A stretch of 63,011 nt of DNA, the filler included, from Thraustochytrium aureum (lineage: Eukaryota): assembly GCA_012862495.1 (NCBI GenBank). It is 4 parts of 2 records of this genome, joined end to end, with 100 filler letters (N's around TTAATTAATTAA, not from the genome) between each part and the next. Parts side by side here need not be neighbours in the genome. Positions count along the whole stretch, not along the records: positions 1 to 26,575 come from BLSG01000086.1; positions 26,676 to 44,600 come from BLSG01000086.1; 2 more parts are not named here. One strand, 5' to 3'. Below the pieces are notes generated by a model. The model was not told the origin of the DNA and searched no databases. It saw nothing but the letters and a program-made list of their open reading frames with translations. Positions 24,701-35,694 of the stretch are shown piece after piece (within the stretch, counting starts at the first letter, position 1; each line of letters starts with the position of its first letter). The position numbers were made by a program, and so were the translations under genes.

Positions 24701-26575
24701 AACATGGTCAATCCTGTCCAAGTGCTGCCAAACATTTACATTCACCTTCATCGCGCTCGTTCGCAGGAGGAGTACTTTAGCCGGCACCTGGAGACCAACC
24801 CGATTNNNNNNNNNNNNNNNNNNNNNNNNNNNNNNNNNNNNNNNNNNNNNNNNNNNNNNNNNNNNNNNNNNNNNNNNNNNNNNNNNNNNNNNNNNNNNNN
24901 NNNNNNNNNNNNNNNNNNNNNNNNNNNNNNNNNNNNNNNNNNNNNNNNNNNNNNNNNNNNNNNNNNNNNNNNNNNNNNNNNNNNNNNNNNNNNNNNNNNN
25001 NNNNNNNNNNNNNNNNNNNNNNNNNNNNNNNNNNNNNNNNNNNNNNNGAGTACTTTAGCCGGCACCTGGAGACCAACCCGATTAGCATCGACGACGTGCC
25101 TCTGGACGAGGGCGGCGCGGCGCAAGATGGGGCTGGCGTTACGGCGGTGTCCTCTTCCCCTGCGCCGTCGCCAGGCCCAGGCGGCTCGGGCACCGGCTCC
25201 TCGACCCCCACGCGTCCCTCGCGGTCGTTTTCAGAGGCCACAGGCTCGGTCCTGCCAACCGGCGTTAACTCCGCGGTCGAGTCTGGCTCTCCGCCAGAAG
25301 GGGAGCGTGAGCCCACGATGCGCGACCTTCGAGCAAAGATCGCCACCGACCTCGACTGCCATCATGCGAAAGACATCATGGAGCTCATCGTGGCCGGCAA
25401 GCTCGTCAACCTGGACCTCCCGATTCGTCTTGTTTACGAAAAGCTCTGGAAGCCGCACCATGAGAAGGCCTCTGGCCAGGACGATCGGCGGTCGTCCTTG
25501 CCGAGCCACCTTCACAGCTATCTTTTGTCGCGTCCTCCCGACGAAAGCGACGAAGACGAGGACGCCGACGATATTGGGAGCCCGCGCTATGAGGAGACCT
25601 TGTTCAGTCACGGTCCTTTTGGGGAAGAGGCCATAAGGTCGGCGGCGGCTGAAGCCAGCCATTCGCACGCGCCCCCGCCCCAGAGCAGCGCCGTTGGCGA
25701 GGCGCGTTCAGCAGACGAAGCAGAACCCCTTGCGGACAGAGCAGCGCACGGCGCTACAGGAAGGCGTGGGTCGGCGGATAGCGACTCGGACGGCCAGGGG
25801 TCCGAGTCAAATGTCAAGTCTGGCGCAGGCGAAGGCTTAGGCTTGGTTGCCGTCGCCGACCGCGAACCTTCAGCGATGGAGGACACATCTCAACAAAGCG
25901 CGGTTGAGACCGAAGGGCAGACGAAGATGAGCGCCGGGGGCGACAGCGAGTCAGACGGGTCTGAGGTGGCCTCTGATGAAGAATCCGACGATCTCAGCGA
26001 CGGCGAACAGGAGGAAAAGAACGCCCAGAGCGGGCGCACGAATCGCAAGCGAAAGCGCCGTTCTGGCCCAGCCAGTTCCTCACTGTTTGAGGTCTTGGAA
26101 GGCGGCGGGCGCCGTACGATGGTCGCCATTGGAGCAGACGGGCGTTTGGTGAAGGTCCGATCCCGCAAGGCCCACTTTGCCGACGACATGAGCGACGAAG
26201 ATGACGAGTGCGCCGACGTGGACGAGCTCCGGGCCCACGCAGGAATGGGAGGGTTTGGGTTCTCGTTCGGGGACGCGTCCGACAGCGACGCGGCGGACGA
26301 CGAGCACGACAAGCTGCCTCCCATGGAGGTTACCTACAGGCTGTGCGGCATCGACGGTGAGGCCACGGAAGACTTTGTTGAGACACTCGCGGACGATTCA
26401 AAGAACAACGGCGAAAAGGAGGAAGACCCTGAGAAACGTTTCGCCCGTACTCGCATGTTTGTGGAAGGCACGGAGCGGCGCGATCAAGGGATTCGGGCGC
26501 TGCTGGGCCTCATCGCGTTCTTGAGCGCCAAGGTCTCGTTCGCGTCTTCTCCAGTGCGGCAGACGCTCGGCGCAG
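9707..26575 (+). CDS. UBR4: UBR4/p600/BIG-type giant E3 ubiquitin ligase; fragmented by frameshifts and gaps, start uncertain, 3' end lost at scaffold end
   Basis: UBR-box zinc finger at ~16020-16210 (after removing one G: VCTFTMTGDEYELQHWYHCVTCGLVKEKGCCSVCARRCHASHFLTYARHSRFFCDCG). DOC-like beta domain at ~18130-18420. ZZ finger at ~19470-19600 ([30 protein letters not shown]). Cys-rich domain at ~22365-22520 (CPRCNRTV...CGEVVFQCRQCRRIN...FLCVECGYCRFAKF). UBR4 C-terminal motifs PTMRDLRAKIA, MELIVAGKLVNLDLPIRLVYEKLW and PPMEVTYRLCGIDGEATEDFVETL. Confidence 0.9.
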
Positions 26576-26675
26576 NNNNNNNNNNNNNNNNNNNNNNNNN
26601 NNNNNNNNNNNNNNNNNNNTTAATTAATTAANNNNNNNNNNNNNNNNNNNNNNNNNNNNNNNNNNNNNNNNNNNN
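26576..26675. other. Artificial scaffold-joining linker (N44-TTAATTAATTAA-N44)
   Basis: 12-mer with stops in all six frames at 26620-26631 inside Ns; identical at three sites; genes are cut at these points. Confidence 0.95.
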
Positions 26676-26767
26676 GGGCGGCGCGCTTGCTGCCGTCGTT
26701 GTGAACCACCACCATTCATGCCCCTTTGCGTCCGTCCGTGTGCTCGCGCCCATCCGATCCCGAACGA

Positions 26768-29700
26768 TCACCTGGCGCCGCCATTCTCGCTGCGAACGAG
26801 CTCGTCCTTCTGCGCAAAGGCGTTGAAGATCATCTCCAGCGTCGGGTCGCTGACCGCATACTGCGTGATGTGCAGGATCTCCTTGTTGGCCTCGAGCGTC
26901 TCGAACACGTCGGCGAGGTCGCTGGGCGGAAGCCGGTAGCGCACGCTGGTGTCGTGGCGCTCGATGAGCTCCCTTGCAGGGAACTGCGCCACCATGAACT
27001 CGTCGAGCGCATCGAACATGTCCTCCGTGAGCCACCATTCAGCAAAGTACACCCCGTCGACCTGACCTGCCTTGGCGAGCATCGAGCCAAGCACGCTGTT
27101 GGCAGCCAGCGCGATACCCTCGCGCGCGGGCTTGCCCCAGGCAGAGCAGGCAGCGGCGACGCTGCCCACCGGGAGCGAGTGCGAGTGCGGCCCCGTGAGG
27201 AGGCCCGAGACCTTGGCGAGGAGCTTGTGCGCGTCATTTAGAGGCGGCAGGGCAAACTTGACGTTGGCCATGAGACCGCGGCCAAACCGGTGCTTGAGCC
27301 GCTGGATGGACCCAAAGCACTGAAACTGCCCGCCAACCAGGATGCCCACCTTGGAGCACAGCGCCTCGCACTCCTCCATCGAATGCGAGGTGAGCACGAC
27401 GGTGCCTCGCCTCGCGCGCTCGCTCTCCGTGGAGATCCGCGACATGACGTCCCACAGGTACCGCCGGTTGAACGGGTCCATACCGGTGGTCGGCTCGTCG
27501 CAAAACACGAGCGGAGGCGACCCCACGAGCGCGATCGCGACGCTCAGCTTGCGCTTGTTGCCGCCCGACAGCGTGCCCGCAGTTTTGTCGTGAAACTCGT
27601 CCAAGTTGAGCTCGCGGATCTTCTCGTCGGCCACCTTGCGCGCAAGCCGCTCAGGGATGCACTTGATGCGAGCGTACAGCTCGAGATGCTCGCGCACGGT
27701 CAGGTTTTCCAAGAGGGCGTCAAACTGGGGGCAGTAACCGATGCGGCGCCGAAGCTCGCCCTGGTCGCGCAGAATGTCATGGCCCACGAGCCGCGCCGTG
27801 CCGCCAGAGGGCAGCAGGTCCCCCGTCAAGATCTTGAGCGACGAGGTCTTCCCCGCACCATTGGCGCCGAGAAACCCAAAGCACTCGCCTTGGGGGATCC
27901 CAAAGGTCAAGCCCCGCACCGCCACCTTGCCGTCGGGGTACACCTTGCTCAGGTGGTCCAGCACAATCACGTCGCCGGCGCCGCCGCTCTCGTCGATGCG
28001 GGTCCGCTCCGCCGCAACGTCCTCGTCCTCGACGCGCTCGTCAAGCAGGGCCCCGCCGCTGTCACTGGCAGAGGCCAGGAGCGGGGTCCGCGGGCCCGCC
28101 GGGCCCGCCGGGCCGGCGGCATTTCCCGCCAGACGGCCGCCAAGGACGGAGCCCAGCTTGGCCCGAAGCCACGGCGTGTTCTGGAAGAGATCCAGCAAGA
28201 CGGCCAGGCCAAAGTACAGCGCCGCCGAGCCGGCAAGGTAGGCCATCTCGGCACCCGTGACCTGCCAGTCAAAGGCCGACTTGGCCTTCAGCTCCGCCGG
28301 GAGAAAGTCGGCTTTGGCTCTGAGGCTGTTGAACGTGAGACCCAGGAGCCCGTTGCCCAAGCTAAACCCGGGGAACAGACGGTAAAAGTATCGCAGCACC
28401 TTGTCCGCCGCGGAGGTCGACTCGATGACTCGCATCACGATCGAGGCGATCATCAGCACGAGACCCGTGATAAAGTTGAGCAAGAGCACCACGTTCTGGG
28501 CCGTGGAGTGCGAGGAGAACAAAAAGCTGACGCAGTACGTAAACGGCATGACAGCCAGCCCGTACAAGAAAAACAGCAGGGCCACGGCAGCGAGGTTTTC
28601 CCCCTGAAAGGCAGAGATCTGGAACGCCCACACCGCGAAGACAGAGGCCGACCACGGCACAAGGTACATGCACATGTCCCACACGTAGGAAGAGACCCAG
28701 TACGCCCCAATGGTGGCGCCGCTGATCAGCTGCTGGTGCTTTGCACTGATCTCGCGCTCCTTGACCACAAAGATGGCCACCGAGGCGGGCACGAACGAAA
28801 AGGCGATCACAATGCTCAGCGAGGCGTCGATGGACCCAAACGTGTCGAGGAGGTCCTTCGCGTTCTTGGTGAAGGGAAACGGGTGGCTCGAGATGCGCAC
28901 CTCGCGCGGCGTCACCCGCGCCGCCGACGCTGGCTGCGCGCGAGCGAGGGCGCGGTCGACAAGATTGAGAAAGACCGGCGGACCGTGCCGAGCGCTCGAG
29001 TTTGTGAAAATCGTCAGCTCAACCGTCTGGTTGGGCCCCGCGTGGTCGACTTGCACTGCGCCGTACATGGTCGTTGCGTTGTCGTGCTGGTGGTCCAGCA
29101 GCCACGCCGACAGCCCTGCGAGGCTGGACCCGTCCGGGATTGCAGCGGGGTTGGGCTCGCTCGGGCAGCTGTTGTTCAGCCCGGTCTCGATGGAGGCCTC
29201 CAGTGCGACCGCGTCGGGGGAAAAATCGAGCAAGCCGCGGGCCGCACCTCGGGCGTCCGGGTTGGACGCGTTGAACGCCACAAAGTTGATCGGCTGCTCA
29301 AAGCCAGACATGTCTAGCTCGAGCGCTGGCGGAGGCTTGAGCGGGAAGGCCTTCATCAGCGACAGACCGAGAACGAGCAGCAGAATCGGCAGGAGCGTGT
29401 TGCAGCACAGGGACTTTCGGTCGCGCTTCGCATACTGGAACCGCTTGAGCAAGAGCGCACCGAGCTGGATGCGAAACTTTTCCGCGTGTGGGATCCGATT
29501 GTACAGCTCGTCGAGCTGGTCCAGCTCCGCGAGGGAAAAGCTGGCTCGGTTCCCAAGGCTTCCCCCATGCGCCGGTACGAGCTGTGAACGTCAGCCTGGC
29601 CGGAGCCGGCGCCAACGCTCTGGTGTGCCGCGCTGGCCTCCAGGGTGGCCTCCAGGTTGGCCTCGCCGGCAGGCGCGGGTGGCGCTGCGGGTGGCGCAGG

Positions 29701-32700
29701 TTGAACTCATCCGAGGCCACCTTGAGGAAAACCTCCTCGAGCTGTGTCACAGAGACGCCATAGTTGGCCACCTTGAGCTCGTCGCGGCGCGCGTCTACGT
29801 CTCGAAACAGCGCTGGGAAGTGCTTGCTGGCCTGGAACTCGACCTTGAAGGTCACCTCGGCCCCAACGCTCGAGAGGACCACTGCCTCGGGAAGGTGCTC
29901 GAGCACCGTGGCCGTGAGTTTCTTGCGCGCGGCGACCTGGTGCTGGTGTGGGGCGGCAGTTTCGGGCGCAGCCACGCCCCCCACCACCGCGGCAGCGCCA
30001 GCCACCGCTTCAGCTCCATGGTCACGCGAAACCTCGAGCGTGAAGGTAAGCGAGTAGCCGATGCCAAATCGCTCTTTGAGGAACAGCGAGGTCCCGCAGC
30101 AGCGCAGGTTGCCGTCGGCCATGATGGCGATCCGGTCGCCAAGCAAGTCGGCCTCATCCATAAAGTGGGTGGTGAGCACCATAACGCGCCCCGCGCGGTT
30201 GTTCTGCAGCATGTTCCAGGTCGACCGCCGCGAGTAAGCGTCCATCCCGGAGGTAGGCTCATCGAGAAACACAACCCGACTGTCCCCTAGCAGGGCGATG
30301 CAGACGCTGAGCTTGCGCTTTTGCCCGCCCGAGAGGTTTCCCGCGCGCGTGTGGCGCTTCTCCGCCAGCTGGACTTGCGCGATCTGCTTGTCAACCTCCG
30401 CTTGGACGTCTTTGACGCGCTTGAGGCGAGCAAAGAACTCGAGGTGCTCCTGCACAGTCAGCTCCGGGAAAAGCACATCGTGCTGGGGGCAAACGCCGAG
30501 GGAGCGCCGGATATCGTCCATGTCCTGCCCCGTGTCGAGGCCGTACATGCTGGCCGAGCCAGCACTCTTCCCAATGAGGCCGGTGAGCAGGTTGATCGTT
30601 GTCGTCTTCCCAGCGCCGTTGTGGCCGAGCAGGACAAAGATCTGCCCCTCGAACATGGTGAGGTCCAAGTCGTTGACCGCGACGTTCCGAGCACCAGACG
30701 CTGTCGAAAACACTTTGCGCAACTTGGACAGCTTAACACAGCGCCCTTCGCGTTCCAGCTGCCGCAGGTCTGCAGAGGGGCGCTCCACAAGCCCGGCGCG
30801 CTCTGCCGCCCCAGCCTGGGCCGCAGCTGCCTCGACGTCTGGCGCGTCAGAGTCGTCCAAGCCGTCGGCGTCGGGGCCCACGCCGACAAAGGGCTCGCCA
30901 AGCCAGTATCTCCGGGTGCACAGGAAGTTGTACGGCTTGCGCACGCCAAACTCGTGCGGGAGGCACCGAGTCCAGGTAGAACGCGAGAAACAGGTACATC
31001 AGCGTGTCCAGCCCAAGCATGAACAGCACGCGCGAGAACGGGATCTGCGTTTTGTTTGGGACGTCCAACATGTTCTTCCAGGTCACCCCGACCCCGCCAG
31101 CCTCGTACTTGGCCAGGGTCGACGCGCCCAAGCCAAATGCCGTGGGCGAGAGCAGCGATCCGAGCGTCTTTGCGCGCGCGCTCGCGTTGTCGGACTGGAC
31201 GCCAAAGTAAGCGAAGAACCCCATGAAGAACAGCACTACGCCGGCCGTGCTCGCCGTTTTGGCGCGGTTGAAGAGGACCGAGACCACAAAGCAGTACGCT
31301 ATGATGCTGATGCCAAACAGGAAAAAGTAGGCGAAAACGAGGCTTGAGTCGCTCCGAGCAAAGAGCCCGGCGCTCGTTATCGCCGTGATGCACACCGCCA
31401 CCACGAAAAACAGCACCGCGTACGTGATGAACCAAGCCAGGTTGAGCGCGACGTACTGCAGGCCCATCATTCGCATTCCCTCGCGCACACGCGTCTCCTT
31501 TTCGTCCACAATGCCGCGGATTAGGCGAGAGATGGGCCACAGAAACGTCAGAATCAAGTCCAGGGCGAAAACGTTTTCGATCTTGGCGTAGAACGGCCGG
31601 TCCGTGTACGCCGGCGTCGGGAACTCGGTCATTCGGATATCATTCGGGACCATCGATGCAGGCGCGGTGAAAGGGGTCAAATCGAGATCGAACAGCCATG
31701 CTGGCCAGAGCAGGGCGCGAATGCAGGCATCGGGTCCTTCGGCAGAGCCCAACGAGTCGTGGAAGGGGAGCGGCTCGCCGGGGCGCTCTTGCAGGCCGGC
31801 GAGCTCTGCGGCCCGCGCTGCAGCTCTAGTAAAGTTTGCGATCCCCTCGCCTTCGTAAAGCAGAGGCTGGACCATGTCGCAGACCTGGCGCATCGCGAGG
31901 GTTCGAATCGCCTGGTCTGGCACGGGCGCGCGCTGGTCGATGATGTAGCGGTCGACGGCGTGCTGGAGCGTTAGAAAGCCAGACTTCATGTACTGGTCCA
32001 GATAGAGCGTGTTGACCCCGGCGTGGATCTTGTCCGTGAAGCCCAGCTCCGGGTACGTGAATGGCACGACGCTGATGTTGCTTTGGATAGTGTAGTCCCA
32101 GACACCGTCCTCTGTGCCTACCTTGTTCAGCACCACTGCCATATGAATCTTTGGCAGATCCAGCGAGTCCGGTTCGGGGCATTCGTGCCCACCAGGCCAC
32201 CGACTCGACCCGTACTCGTCGCTCTCGATGTACTCGAGCATGGCACGCTCGGAAGGATACACTTTGGAGATCCGGCCGAATCGGCAGAACCCATAGTGGA
32301 GGTACTCGCGCGACAGCGACGACACCAGGCGCCAGCCGGGATCGTCAAACGCTGCCGTCCAGTTGTCGAGCTGCGCTTGGAACCCGTGCAACCAGGCCAC
32401 CTGGTCCTCATCATGCGGGTCCTTGGGCGCGAGCGCGATGACAAACTGAAGTCTTGCCGCGATGAGGCTCAAGTACGCAAGTGGAGGCACAGACATCAGC
32501 CCGGGCCGAACCCCTCGGTGATCAGCTCTTCGACAATCTCAGAGTGGTCCGTTTCCTCCTTCGGAAACAAAAGCGTAGAGCTGATCGGCGACTGCCGCGG
32601 GCACGTGTACGACTGCTTTGCCAGCTCTTTATCAGGATCCAGTGTCTGCAGCCAGACAACGAGCAGCACGAACGCGAGAGGCAGCAGCACTTCGCTCGCC

Positions 32701-32783
32701 GTCGAGATCGGGTGCCTCTTCTTCAGCAGCCAGTTCTTCCACAGCAGCAGCCTCGTCTGCGCCCACATCTCCCCGCCGACCAT
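26768..32783 (-). CDS. Full-size ABCA-subfamily lipid transporter (TMD-NBD-TMD-NBD), split by several 1-nt frameshifts
   Basis: ABCA N-terminus QTRLLLWKNWLLKKRHP...EVLLP and EKETRVREGMRMMGL. NBD1: GHNGAGKTT, LSGGQKRKL, VFLDEPTSGMD. Second TMD: LKRFQYAKRD. NBD2: GANGAGKTS, LSGGNKRKL, FCDEPTTGMD. C-terminal YAVSDPTLEMIF. Frameshifts near 32497, 30960 and ~29500-29700. Confidence 0.95.
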
Positions 32784-33426
32784 CTCGCCGTCCGCGGCCT
32801 GGCCGCGTCCTTTCCGCTAGTCTCAACCCCGACTTGCAGCTTCGCAACAGACGCCCGACCCAACAATCGCCGCAAGGTCGCGAACGCGGCTCCGAGGCCG
32901 CGGCTGCGTCAACTCCGGCGGGCAGGTCCTCGAGCGCGGTTTTCCGCAGCGTCGCTCGCTCCCTCCGTGCCGGCCGCTCACTCCGCTCTGCGTCTCCTTC
33001 GTTCGCGCGGCGTCGGTCTTGGCCGGATTCGGGGTTTGGCCAACCTCGCGTCGAGGCTGTTCGAAATGCGAATGCGTCAACCACCGTCCGCCGCCAAGCA
33101 CTCGCCGACCGCGCTTTGAGCTGCTGCAGCGGGCCTGCAGATCGATGGCCTCTGCAGAGAAAGAAGGCTCGCGCTCTGGCTTGTGTCCTACAGGTCGAAG
33201 CATGACGGAACGACCGAGCGGCTGTTTTCGTGCGACGGAATACCACCAACTGCTCAATCGAACGTACTTCCTTGGCCACCACTCGATGCGTGCGGCACGT
33301 TCTCACGACGCGCGAGCGAGCGAAGCAGCGCTCGCGGACGCCGAGTGCACTATGGCGGCGTTGCGCCCGCGGCATGTGAGGCTGTGGTTGATGACCTGTG
33401 CTGCTGTTACGAGTGATAAGTACAAG

Positions 33427-34827
33427 TTAAAGGCGCGAGCGCGCCCGTTGCGGGTCGACGAGGTGCTCCAGCCCGAGCAGGCGGTTTTTGGCGAGGAGGA
33501 CGCAGTTTTTAGCGCCGATGGCCGACATCTCCATGGCGCTGGCCGCGCCCTCGATTGCGTTGACGTAGAAAAGCAAATGGCCGTCTATGCAAAAGGGTGC
33601 GCTGTGCGAGCGCTCTTTGGCCGTCTCGTACGAAGGATACGCTTGCCAGGTTCGAACTTCTTGGCCGCCGCCTTTCGGGAAGAGCTCCCGGAGCTGCTCG
33701 CGCGAGAGGGGCGTGGGCGAGAATACCTTGGTCACTCGCTCCGCAGATTCCCCCTTGCCGCAAACCGGCGCGTGGCGCCCGAGGCTGTTGAAGAACGGGC
33801 GCGTCGAGGTCGTCAGCACAGTCTCCGGGACCTGCCCGGGAGTCACGCCGAGCGCCGTCGCGCTGGGCGTCTCAACGCTGAAGGTTGCCACAGTGCGGTG
33901 GTATTTCCGAGCCAGGTCAGAGGCAGTCTTTGAGCCAGGAGCAAGGTTGCGAAGCGCAATGAGTGGACGTTTGCTTGCGGAGTCTTGCGGGGCAGCGAGG
34001 AAGACGATGTCGTACTCTGCCTGGACGTCGCGGCTGTCCTTCAGGTGCCGAAGCACGAGCGTGTACGGACCCGAAGCAGCACCCGTGCCCTGTATGGCCT
34101 CGACGCTGACATGCTGGAACAGCTTGGCCCCTGCGGTGGCCAAGAGCCCCTCGGGGACTTGCTTGTTGCCGCCCTTGACAGCCCACAGGCTCCCGCCCGT
34201 CCCGGCCAAGCCCACAGCGCCAACGAACGCGCCAACATCAAGGGTTTGCCCGTAGTTGACGCGCACAACGCCGAAGGGCACCTCGTCGACAAACATGGGC
34301 CCAAAGCCTTCCCGCAGCAGCCGGCTACGCAGCGTTTCCTCCATCATGCCTGGGAATTGGGGGTCGAGAGCAGCCAAGAGGGTTTGCGGCGTCGAGAAGG
34401 CGACGCCTTTGCTTTGCAAGGCATATACAGCCGAGAACTTGTCCACAAAGGCCTCGACCCATCGCGATAGCTGCAAAGGCGCGAGGCCGTACCGCCAAAG
34501 CATTTTCAGCGCGGTCAGTGTCGACCATCTGCTCCCCTGAAACACCATTTCTTCCCCGTCAAAGAGGCCGAGGCGCCCGTCGGCGAGCTCTGCGCGCTCA
34601 AGACCGAGGCAATCCACAAAGCTGGCCATGTGCGCATTCGACGAGTGTACCACGCTCCCGCCTGCCTCGTACATCTCGCCCTGCACGTTCACTGTATCGA
34701 GGCGTCCGCCGACACGTTCAAGTTCACGCTCGAACACGTGGATCTCTGCCTCTGGCCCAAACGTGTCGCGCGCAAACTTGGCCGTGCTCGCGCCGCCAAT
34801 CCCAGCGCCAACGACCGCAATCCTCAT
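33427..34827 (-). CDS. PCYOX1: Prenylcysteine oxidase / farnesylcysteine lyase (FAD-dependent)
   Basis: Intact 466-aa ORF: RIAVVGAGIGGAS Rossmann motif, VGGRL...YEAGGSVVHSSN, LWRYG, RVNYGQ, LWAVKGGNKQV, LFYVNAIEGAASAMEMSAIGAKN. Confidence 0.9.
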   Translation of the reverse strand: MRIAVVGAGIGGASTAKFARDTFGPEAEIHVFERELERVGGRLDTVNVQGEMYEAGGSVVHSSNAHMASFVDCLGLERAELADGRLGLFDGEEMVFQGSRWSTLTALKMLWRYGLAPLQLSRWVEAFVDKFSAVYALQSKGVAFSTPQTLLAALDPQFPGMMEETLRSRLLREGFGPMFVDEVPFGVVRVNYGQTLDVGAFVGAVGLAGTGGSLWAVKGGNKQVPEGLLATAGAKLFQHVSVEAIQGTGAASGPYTLVLRHLKDSRDVQAEYDIVFLAAPQDSASKRPLIALRNLAPGSKTASDLARKYHRTVATFSVETPSATALGVTPGQVPETVLTTSTRPFFNSLGRHAPVCGKGESAERVTKVFSPTPLSREQLRELFPKGGGQEVRTWQAYPSYETAKERSHSAPFCIDGHLLFYVNAIEGAASAMEMSAIGAKNCVLLAKNRLLGLEHLVDPQRARSRL

Positions 34828-35694
34828 CGCGCCAGCGGCAGGCTGTCGCGCCGCCGAGAGCCTTGCTCTGCGCGTCGCGCGCGTTGGTCGTCAAAACCAA
34901 CCTGCTGTTCTTGAAAGATCAAAAAAAATCCAGAGTACTCGCAGCATGGCCATTACTGCCTTATTGCTCTTCGCGTCAGGCCCAAGTCGCGCTTGATGGG
35001 CTTGGCGCATGCGTGTCTGCGGCGCGCGAGCCGAGGAGCAATCGACCAAGCGCTTGCTGGTTGCGTGCGCGGCCCGCTCTGGCGCGTGCGGGCGCGGCAG
35101 TTGCCCTGGCAGCACGTTGGAGACTTCGGCTTCGGCGGTTGTTGCTTCGTGGAAGTGGACGCGCGCCGCTGAGCCCGGTTCAGGCGCTGCGCGGCGCAGT
35201 CGAGGGCTGCCGAAGCCCGCCTACCGTTTGCTTCCTTCCCGCCGAGCGACCCTCGCGCGCTGCCACGGTCGCAGTGGCGCCAATTTCTCAACAAGCAAGA
35301 ACGGGTAGTCAGGCAGGCAGGCAGGCAGGCACCCAGGCGGCAAGCACGCGGGACGCCAGCCTCCGCGCCAGCAGCTGCAGAGTAGAGTACTCTACCTACT
35401 ACCTCCGAGTCACGCGTGCAGGGACGCCAGACACATCCACACTCGAGCACCGGGCGAGAAAAGTACAAACGAACGCAGCCCAGGGTCCGCGAGGACACTT
35501 CGTCTCGGATCGAGGAGTACTAGCGTGCACACCGAGGACCTTCAAGTGCTGCCGAGCCCTCGTAGTACACCAGCGCCGCAGCATCCTGGCCAACTCGCCA
35601 GGGTTGAGTCACGCAATCTGCGAGGCAGACTCCAATCAGCGCGCTTACACGAGAGTAGAGCGGCGAGGAGCGCAGACAGTGGAAGGCGAACGTG

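Noticed and set aside
24770..25084. 36-bp direct repeat GAGTACTTTAGCCGGCACCTGGAGACCAACCCGATT flanking an N-gap (apparent TSD or insertion)
   Set aside because: Overlapping contig ends on both sides of a scaffold gap; merging them gives a continuous UBR4 frame.
26620..26631. TTAATTAATTAA repeated three times (piggyBac TTAA target or regulatory palindrome)
   Set aside because: Always centred in 44+44 Ns. It is an artificial six-frame-stop linker, so gene adjacency across these points has no biological meaning.
27290..30290. Long plus-strand ORFs (675 aa, 526 aa) opposite the ABCA gene, and similar antisense ORFs elsewhere
   Set aside because: Shadow ORFs caused by high GC3 codon bias on the coding strand.
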